49,560 nt of DNA from Conexivisphaerales archaeon (GTDB lineage Archaea > Thermoproteota > Nitrososphaeria > Conexivisphaerales > DTJL01): contig JBEKZX010000007.1 in assembly GCA_049509455.1 (NCBI GenBank), positions 1-49,560 of the forward strand, read 5' to 3'. Shown here in pieces: positions 37,966 to 44,633 of the stretch. How positions within the stretch are numbered: the stretch's first letter is position 1; every line of letters starts with the position of its first letter. The notes under the pieces were generated by a model. It was not told the DNA's origin. It worked only from the letters and a program-made list of their open reading frames with translations, and ran no database searches. The translations under genes and the position numbers were made by a program.

Positions 37966-38104
37966 TGTGGCGGAGCCGCCGAGGCGGCCACAGCCCATTC
38001 GTCCGTTGGCTACGGATCTTGAGGGCCTCCGCAAGATGCGCGGGCTTGGGCGTTGGAAAGAACGGAGGGGGAACAATTCTACCGCTCAGGATAGTCCCCT
38101 CCCC
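37966..38104. ncRNA. Candidate structured non-coding RNA (unknown family)
   Basis: Run of short perfect stems and one long imperfect hairpin in a 278-bp divergent intergenic region, bounded by TTATAA and a T-tract on the minus strand. Confidence 0.35.
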
Positions 38105-38137
38105 GCCCCTTCAAAATCCTGAACGTGCGTTCCTAGA

Positions 38138-38176
38138 TTATAATGAGTATTACATGAGAATTCGCGGGAAGTATTA
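38138..38176. promoter_or_regulatory. Per/Fur-box-like site and TATA element upstream of the Fur-family gene
   Basis: TTATAATgAGTATTA (38138-38152) matches TTATAATnATTATAA at 12 of 14 positions; AGTATTA repeats at 38170-38176. Confidence 0.5.
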
Positions 38177-38210
38177 TATGTAGCTTGGGCCTGCTGAAGG
38201 CGTTCGTGCC

Positions 38211-38648
38211 ATGGAGATGCCTGAAGGAAGGGTGGACAAGGCCTACGCTCGGCTCAGGAAGCTCGGCCTCAGGCTGACTCCTCAGCGGATGGCCATAGCG
38301 AAGTGTGTCCTCGACATCGACACCCATCCGACGGCGGAGGAGGTCTATCATAAGATCAGACCGGACTATCCCACAATCAGCCTGGCCACAGTATACTCAA
38401 CCCTCGATACCTTGGTCCGCGCCGGCGTGCTGCAGGCCGTCAGCACTAGAGAGGTGGTCCGCTACGACGCCAACGCCTCCGAGCACATCAACCTGATCTG
38501 CCTGAACTGCAGCAAGGTGCTCGACGTGGCCGACGACGTCGTTGTGGGGGTCGCCAAGGGGAAGGCTGCCAAGTATGGATTCCATATAGTGGGACAGCAG
38601 TTCATGGTATACGGATACTGCGAAGATTGCCAGGCCGAGGTATCCTAG
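38211..38648 (+). CDS. Fur-family (PerR-like) transcriptional regulator
   Basis: RLTPQR, HPTAEEVY, SLATVYSTL, RYD...H.N..CxxC..D, C-terminal CxxC. Confidence 0.93.
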   Translation: MEMPEGRVDKAYARLRKLGLRLTPQRMAIAKCVLDIDTHPTAEEVYHKIRPDYPTISLATVYSTLDTLVRAGVLQAVSTREVVRYDANASEHINLICLNCSKVLDVADDVVVGVAKGKAAKYGFHIVGQQFMVYGYCEDCQAEVS

Positions 38649-38686
38649 GGCCGGCTTCGATAGGCTTATACATCGATTCAGCGAAA

Positions 38687-39562
38687 GTGATCGGCCAGCG
38701 ATTGGAAGGAACCATAGTGCGCAAGGCCCGGCCGGAGGACCGGGAAGAAGTCCTCTCGTTCTGCATAGACACTTTCGACTGGGGAGACTACATAGACGAA
38801 GTCTTTGACATCTGGTTAAAGGCGCCGGACTCCCTCCTCCTTGTGGCCGAGACCCAAGGGAAGCCGGTGGGCATCATCCATGCGCGCCTGATGGACCATG
38901 GAGCGGCGTGGCTGGAGGGCCTGCGGGTGCGCCCCAGCCACCGCCGCCTAGGCGCAGGGCGCGCCATGACCCGGAAGGCGCTGGAGCTCTTGGGCGAATT
39001 GGGGCACCATAACGTGCGGCTGCTCACTGAATCTAACAACGAGGCCTCTATGTCGTTGGTTGCTGCCGAGGGTTTCACGGAGGAGACCCGCTGGGCCTTC
39101 TATCATGGAAAGGAGCCGACCCAGCTTCCGTCGGTGGGTTCACGCTGGGTCACCCCGGCCACAGCCATGAAGCTTTGGGCGGAGGTGGACTCCTCAGACC
39201 TCTTCAACAGGGGGGGCCGTATCCAGGAATACGACTGGGCCCTCTACCCCCTGGAGGCCGACGACTTCGCCGCCCTGGTGAAGCGTCGGATGGTGGCGGT
39301 CTCGGGGAAGGGTGCGGCTTCGTCAATGGCCATCGTCCATAACGGACCCGAGGAGAGGCGGATGGCCAAGGCTTGTTTCCTTCTGGGCGACGCGCCTCAG
39401 GTGGCCGACCTAGCCTTATTTGTCATATGCGAATCGGCGAAGGCGGGGGCGCACAAGCTCAACGTTTCATGCCCGAACCACGCCGGCACAGTGGAGGGGC
39501 TTAAGGCCGCCGGCTTCAGGCCCGCCTTCAGATCTTCGATCGTTTATCTGAGGAAGATCTGA
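38687..39562 (+). CDS. GNAT-family N-acetyltransferase
   Basis: VRKARPED, WLEGLRVRPSHRRLGAG acetyl-CoA motif A, N.AS...GF. Start uncertain (GTG 38687 or TTG 38702). Confidence 0.88.
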   Translation: MIGQRLEGTIVRKARPEDREEVLSFCIDTFDWGDYIDEVFDIWLKAPDSLLLVAETQGKPVGIIHARLMDHGAAWLEGLRVRPSHRRLGAGRAMTRKALELLGELGHHNVRLLTESNNEASMSLVAAEGFTEETRWAFYHGKEPTQLPSVGSRWVTPATAMKLWAEVDSSDLFNRGGRIQEYDWALYPLEADDFAALVKRRMVAVSGKGAASSMAIVHNGPEERRMAKACFLLGDAPQVADLALFVICESAKAGAHKLNVSCPNHAGTVEGLKAAGFRPAFRSSIVYLRKI

Positions 39563-39614
39563 ACGGTTATCTCGGCAAGGCATTTGAGCTGGTCCTCCTC
39601 ACCGATAGACCGAG

Positions 39615-39791
39615 ATGGAGGCCAAGTGCCCGCGATGCGCAGAGAAAGGCGACTTCGACCCCGCGACGCAGGTCTTCACGTGTCACCACTGCGGGACCGT
39701 ACTGGGCTTCGACGACTTCGTCGCTGAGTTCCAGGGGATAACTGACGAGAAGGCCCTGGACTACATCGGCAGGGGGAACCCGACGCCGTAG
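39615..39791 (+). CDS. Small zinc-ribbon protein (58 aa), absent from the ORF track
   Basis: MEAKCPRCAEKGDFDPATQVFTCHHCGTVLGFDDFVAEFQGITDEKALDYIGRGNPTP: CPxC...CxxCG, genome-typical codons, fills the gap. Confidence 0.75.
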   Translation: MEAKCPRCAEKGDFDPATQVFTCHHCGTVLGFDDFVAEFQGITDEKALDYIGRGNPTP

Positions 39792-39794
39792 GGC

Positions 39795-41081
39795 CTATTC
39801 GTCGGACGGCGGAGAGCCTCCGCCGAAATGGGCTTGAAGGACCGCGGCCGAGAGGAAGACCAGGATACCCCCTACGAAGAAGGTCATGGGATAGCCCAGA
39901 TAGTAGGAGATGTACCCAGAGGCCAGAGAGCCTAGGAAGAGAGCCGTACCATTGAAGGCGCTGTAGACGCCGAGGAGGCCTCCCTGGCGCCCGGCCGGTA
40001 GGGCCCTGAAGAAGAGAGAGTTCAGGTTGACCGCTATGATGGTGTAGGCCAGGCCGATCAGCGTGAAGGTTAGTAGCGTCGTGAAGAGGGTGGCCCCGCC
40101 CACGATGAAGATGGCCAGGGCCGCCGCCAGCAGCATCCCCAGGGCCCGTGCCGCCAGGGCAGCGCTGGTTATGAACGGGGTCACCGAGCCCTTGAGCCTC
40201 TTGAGAACGAACCAGGAGGCCACGCCGTTCATCGCGTTCACGTAAAGAGACGTCAGATAGACTTCCCAGTCCGTAAGCTGGTTAGCCTTCAGGTACGGCG
40301 TATAGCTAGTGTAGAATACGTTGAGGGACGCTGAAAAGAGGACAGACGAAACGATTATGATCGGTATGTCCCTGGTCAGCTCCTCCCTGGCCAGGCGCAT
40401 GACTGAGGCGAAGTCCGATGGCCTCGGCATCTTCTCGAAGAGGAGTGGGAGTTGGGAGAGGCGCGTGATGAACGCCTGAGGGTTGATGAACAGCGTCCTC
40501 CTCTCCACCGTCATCAGAGGGTCTCTGGTGAGGAAGACGGTCAGCGCGAGGGAGGCCGCGGCGAAGGCGGCGCATATGATGAGGAAGGTTGTGAGCGGAA
40601 AGAAGAGCTCCCAGACCAGGCCAGCCGCGAGGCCGAAGACGGTCCCGGCGGTCGAGTACCATGATGATGTCACGTAGCCTCTGTCCCACTCGGATTTGGG
40701 CAGGCTCTCTATGATGAGGAGGGTCAGGGGCGGGCTGAGCATCCCCGCCGCATGGGCGATGGCAGCGTAGGCCAGGACGATGGTGATGATGGAGTTCGAA
40801 AGGAACATCGCCACCGTGGCCATGAGCAGGATGGAGGCCGCCAGCACCATGACCTTCCTCCTGGAGGCCGTCACATCGCAAATATGGCCCCAGATTAGTG
40901 GCGCCGGGATGAGCGCGAGATTGTAGGCGACCGAAGCGAAGCCAACTTCGATCACCGAACCCCCTAGAGCCAGGATCGATAGGGGGACCAAAGTCGAAAT
41001 CGCCGAGACGGCGGCGTTGAACGGCACCGTCGGCAGGAAGATGCCTCTCTTCGCCGCGACGACGTCCCCATTCAATGCCAC
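39795..41081 (-). CDS. MFS transporter
   Basis: About 12 TM segments; WGHICDVTASRRK motif A-like; GVYSAFNG. Confidence 0.88.
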   Translation of the reverse strand: MALNGDVVAAKRGIFLPTVPFNAAVSAISTLVPLSILALGGSVIEVGFASVAYNLALIPAPLIWGHICDVTASRRKVMVLAASILLMATVAMFLSNSIITIVLAYAAIAHAAGMLSPPLTLLIIESLPKSEWDRGYVTSSWYSTAGTVFGLAAGLVWELFFPLTTFLIICAAFAAASLALTVFLTRDPLMTVERRTLFINPQAFITRLSQLPLLFEKMPRPSDFASVMRLAREELTRDIPIIIVSSVLFSASLNVFYTSYTPYLKANQLTDWEVYLTSLYVNAMNGVASWFVLKRLKGSVTPFITSAALAARALGMLLAAALAIFIVGGATLFTTLLTFTLIGLAYTIIAVNLNSLFFRALPAGRQGGLLGVYSAFNGTALFLGSLASGYISYYLGYPMTFFVGGILVFLSAAVLQAHFGGGSPPSDE

Positions 41082-41171
41082 TCCCTCACCTCGCTGACAA
41101 GCTCCCTAGGTGTTCAAGATTTAATAGTTGCGTGGAGCTGGGCTGGAATCATCGGGTCCAGGAAGGTCAAC

Positions 41172-42857
41172 ATGCAGCTCCCCCAGGCCGCCGACGTCGA
41201 GTATTACCTCCTAGTGGTGCTCATCGGGGGAGTCGTCGGGGTCGCCATCTCCTTCTACTATGCAGCCTTCTCCTTCCTCTGGGGCTTGGCCCTTCCGGTC
41301 ATGCAGGACACGCATCGCCTGGTCTTCGTGTTCACCACCCTCGGCCTGGCAGCCGCCTTCATCCTGGTCTACGCCTTCGCCAAGACAAAGACGACCGGAA
41401 GCGGCACCCACGTGGTCCTCGAGACCCTCCACCTCCGCAATGGCGATATGTCGGCGCAGGATGCCATAGTCAAGCCCGCAGCCGCCATCCTGACCATCGG
41501 CATGGGAGGAGCCGCAGGTCTCGAAGGCCCGAGCCTCGTCCTGGGCGGCGGGCTGGCCGCTCTCATCGGCAGACTCAACCACCTTCCTTACCAGCGCCTG
41601 AGAAAGGTCTTCCTCGCCGGCTCGACCGCGGGCCTTTCGGCGGTGTTCAAGGCGCCGCTGACGGGCATCCTCTTCGGGCTGGAGATCCCGTACAAAAGGG
41701 ACCTGGAGAGAGACGTCTTCATAGAAGCCTCCATCGCCTCGGTCACGGCGTATCTCGTCGCGATCTCCATCCTCGGCCCCACCCCCATCTTCAACATCGG
41801 CTCTATCTCCGCCAGCAACGACCTATACACCATCTTCCTCGCCATCGTCCTCGGCCTTATAGGGGGCGTCTACTCCTTCGTCTTCGTTAACGCCTTCAAA
41901 CTCGCCGATAGGGTGGGGAAGAAGTTCCTGGCCAGTGGGGGGTTCGGCCTCCTTCTGCTGTCCGGCGGCCTGGCCTTGGGACTCATCGGCTATATCAGCC
42001 TGAACGCCATCGGCATCGGCTACGGCATCGTCACAGGGCTGGTCGAGAACACGCTGGGGTACACGGTACTCGCGCTCGCCGCTCTCCTCATGCTCCGGCT
42101 CTTCGCTACTATAATCACTCTAGCCTTCGGAGGGAGCGGCGGTCTCTTCATACCCAGCATCATCGAAGGCTCCATCCTGGGCGCCATATTCTCCCAGGTG
42201 GCCCTGGGAAGAGTCGAGCCCCTCTTCATAGCGGTGGGCATGGCGGCAGTCCTTGCTGGCACCCATAAGATACTCCTCACGCCGGTAGCCTTCGTCGCGG
42301 AGACCATAGGCCCGGCGGTGATAATCCCCGTGCTGCTGGCTTCGATCATGAGCTACTTCGCTTCAGGGAGCTCTTCGTTCTATCCCCTCCAACCCTTCGG
42401 CCGGATGAAGGAGGAGGACCTGGCCTTGGAGCGCATCTACAGCACCGTCGCCAAGGCCGCCCCCAAGATGGTGAACGATTTGAAGGCCAAGGACGTGATG
42501 ACTCCCAAGCCAGTCGTGCTGAAGGACGACGCTACGATAGAGGACGCTTTGGCGAAGTTCGCCACAGTCCCTTACAGGGTGCTCCCCATCGTGCATGAAT
42601 CGGGGACGCTTACGGGTTACGTGAACCTGGAGGACCTCCTGGCGGCTCCCAAGGTCAAGCTGAAGCGTCCGGTCACGGAGCTGTACATGTCGATACCCGT
42701 CACGGTGTCCCCGGACGACGCCTTGCCGGGCATCGTTTCGAAGATCTTCGAGAAGGAAGTGGACCACATCTTCGTGGTCGACGCCGAAGGGAAGCTGCAC
42801 GGCGTCATAGCCGTCATCGACATCGCTAAGAAGCTGGTATCCTACTACGCCGGCTAG
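41172..42857 (+). CDS. CLC-family chloride channel/transporter with C-terminal CBS pair
   Basis: GSGTH, GLEGP (gating Glu), APLTGILF, GGSGGLFIP, FYP; CBS repeats VMT...LPIV and HIFVVD..GKL.GVI. Confidence 0.93.
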   Translation: MQLPQAADVEYYLLVVLIGGVVGVAISFYYAAFSFLWGLALPVMQDTHRLVFVFTTLGLAAAFILVYAFAKTKTTGSGTHVVLETLHLRNGDMSAQDAIVKPAAAILTIGMGGAAGLEGPSLVLGGGLAALIGRLNHLPYQRLRKVFLAGSTAGLSAVFKAPLTGILFGLEIPYKRDLERDVFIEASIASVTAYLVAISILGPTPIFNIGSISASNDLYTIFLAIVLGLIGGVYSFVFVNAFKLADRVGKKFLASGGFGLLLLSGGLALGLIGYISLNAIGIGYGIVTGLVENTLGYTVLALAALLMLRLFATIITLAFGGSGGLFIPSIIEGSILGAIFSQVALGRVEPLFIAVGMAAVLAGTHKILLTPVAFVAETIGPAVIIPVLLASIMSYFASGSSSFYPLQPFGRMKEEDLALERIYSTVAKAAPKMVNDLKAKDVMTPKPVVLKDDATIEDALAKFATVPYRVLPIVHESGTLTGYVNLEDLLAAPKVKLKRPVTELYMSIPVTVSPDDALPGIVSKIFEKEVDHIFVVDAEGKLHGVIAVIDIAKKLVSYYAG

Positions 42858-42862
42858 CGGGA

Positions 42863-43060
42863 TTACGTGTGCCTGAGCTTACACTCTTCGCATTGGATTA
42901 CGGCGGGCATGGAAAAGTAGCCGCCGAAGTAGGGCGAAGGCGAATTGTACCCTGCCGTCGCCAGCTTGTGCCTTGTCTCCTTCTGGCACCTCGGGCACCA
43001 AACGATTTCATTAAAGAAGGGTGTCTTCTCCGGAGCCGAGACCTTGTCTTTGCTCTCCAC
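42863..43060 (-). CDS. Small zinc-ribbon protein (65 aa)
   Basis: WCPRCQKETRH...IQCEEC; convergent with the CLC gene, stops 5 bp apart. Confidence 0.7.
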   Translation of the reverse strand: MESKDKVSAPEKTPFFNEIVWCPRCQKETRHKLATAGYNSPSPYFGGYFSMPAVIQCEECKLRHT

Positions 43061-43301
43061 ATCCCCTACCAGCCTTTCAGTGACTTATGACGTTTGTGCC
43101 TTTGTCGCATTCATCCGGAAACTGGCGAGCTAGTAGGCCTGAGGCTCGCCGGTGAGATGACGAGAAAAAGCGTCTAGGCTGGTCGCACGGCGAGCATCCT
43201 GAGCACGTTGACGTCCAGCTGCTCGAGGGCGTTGTAAAGGATTGAATCTTGCATTTCCTGTCGACTACGGCGGAATCGAGACTACATATTAACGTTTAGA
43301 C

Positions 43302-43359
43302 CTTATCTAGGCGGATAAGCGTAACCTTAACGCATTGATGCTTTCAAAACACTTATCTA
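43302..43359. promoter_or_regulatory. Inverted repeat and direct repeat upstream of the ArsR-family gene
   Basis: CTTATC-n6-GATAAG (43302-43319); CTTATCTA recurs at 43352-43359. Confidence 0.5.
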
Positions 43360-43382
43360 ATCCCTGCTTCTTCCTGAAAGGA

Positions 43383-43949
43383 ATGCCCTTGTCCCAAAGA
43401 AACGTGAACACCAACCTGTACATGGATCCCGTCCGTCTTCACATCTTGAACCTCCTTAGCATCTCCGAGATGTCCATGAAGGAGCTCGCAGAAGAGCTAA
43501 GGATCTCCCAGCCCACCGTGTTCCATCACATGAAGCAGCTCCTTGAAGGAGGCCTCGTGAAGTTGTCTAGGACCGAAACCAAGGGGAACCTGATAGAGAA
43601 GTTCTACACCAGCGCCTACAAATCGAAGGGTTGCGAATTGGCCTACGGAGGGATAGGTGAGGTGTCACGCGAAGAAAGGGTCCAGGTGGGCTACGCCGAC
43701 GTGGGCTTCATGATGAGCATCATCGCCCGGGGCGCCTCCATTTGGGAGAAAGCCATGGAGGGAGGGACCAAGCCCTACTACCCTGTCGGGACCTCGATGT
43801 TCGTCCTCCCAGCCGACCCGGCCATACTGCCAAAGGTCAACGAAATACTGTCCGAGGCCGAGGAGAAGCTGAGAAAGGTGGCAACGGAGAACGGCAACAA
43901 GAAGGGCTCCAAGTTCACCCTCGCCATCAGCGCCGTCCCCTACGTCTAG
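43383..43949 (+). CDS. ArsR-family winged-HTH transcriptional regulator
   Basis: DPVRLHILNLL...MKELAEELRISQPTVFHHMKQL..GGLV...EKFY. Start trimmed to ATG 43383. Confidence 0.88.
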   Translation: MPLSQRNVNTNLYMDPVRLHILNLLSISEMSMKELAEELRISQPTVFHHMKQLLEGGLVKLSRTETKGNLIEKFYTSAYKSKGCELAYGGIGEVSREERVQVGYADVGFMMSIIARGASIWEKAMEGGTKPYYPVGTSMFVLPADPAILPKVNEILSEAEEKLRKVATENGNKKGSKFTLAISAVPYV

Positions 43950-43997
43950 TCATCCTCCCGACAGGTATTTGAGACTCATCCGTGGGTAGGAGGCGGA

Positions 43998-44525
43998 TTG
44001 AGCCGTCGAGCTTCGCGTTTCTGCCTGATCCTCCTCCTTCTGGTTGCCCTAATCGTTCCATCCATGCACTCCGCGTCGTCGGGCCCTATTCAGATTTCTC
44101 TTCTCTCTTCTACCTCCTCCACCCCGGCGGGGACGCCCGTCAGCTTCAACGGCACGGTGGTAGGGCTCAACGTCACCTCGGTCACCTATGTGGTGGTCGC
44201 GCCTGATGGCAGCACGTCGAGCGGTGTCATCAACACCGCTGGCTCCTCCTTCCAATTCAGCCTCACCTTCCAGGAGCAGGGGAACTGGACGGTCTATTGC
44301 GAGGCTGGCATCACTTCGAGCCCTTCCGCGACTTCCGATGACGTCATCGTCTCCGTGGAGGGAGGAGCCTCCCCCAACTACCTCGGCATACCCGTCTTCT
44401 GGCTGGGCGTGGGCATCTTGGCGATCTCCGCCGGCTCCCTGGCCTACCTGGTCTACGTCTTCCGTAAGAGAGCACAGGAAGAGGAGCGCCAGGCCGCCAG
44501 GAAGCCTTCCTCCCCTCATCTGTAA
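43998..44525 (+). CDS. Secreted, membrane-anchored protein with a beta-sandwich-like ectodomain
   Basis: Basic N-terminus plus hydrophobic signal, S/T-rich beta strands (GNWTVYC), C-terminal TM helix followed by RKR. Confidence 0.75.
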   Translation: MSRRASRFCLILLLLVALIVPSMHSASSGPIQISLLSSTSSTPAGTPVSFNGTVVGLNVTSVTYVVVAPDGSTSSGVINTAGSSFQFSLTFQEQGNWTVYCEAGITSSPSATSDDVIVSVEGGASPNYLGIPVFWLGVGILAISAGSLAYLVYVFRKRAQEEERQAARKPSSPHL

Positions 44526-44633
44526 GCGGCGGCGCAGGGAACTGGCCTAGCCGGTGCCAGACTCAAACCTTAAATGAGCGCCTCCTGAGCCCTAATTCAC
44601 GACCGCATAGTTTGGAGGATTTGGTGCAGATTC

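Noticed and set aside
41172-42857. Fluoride-specific CLC-F
   Set aside because: Lacks the GNNLI/GMGLI, GREGT and GEVTP signatures.
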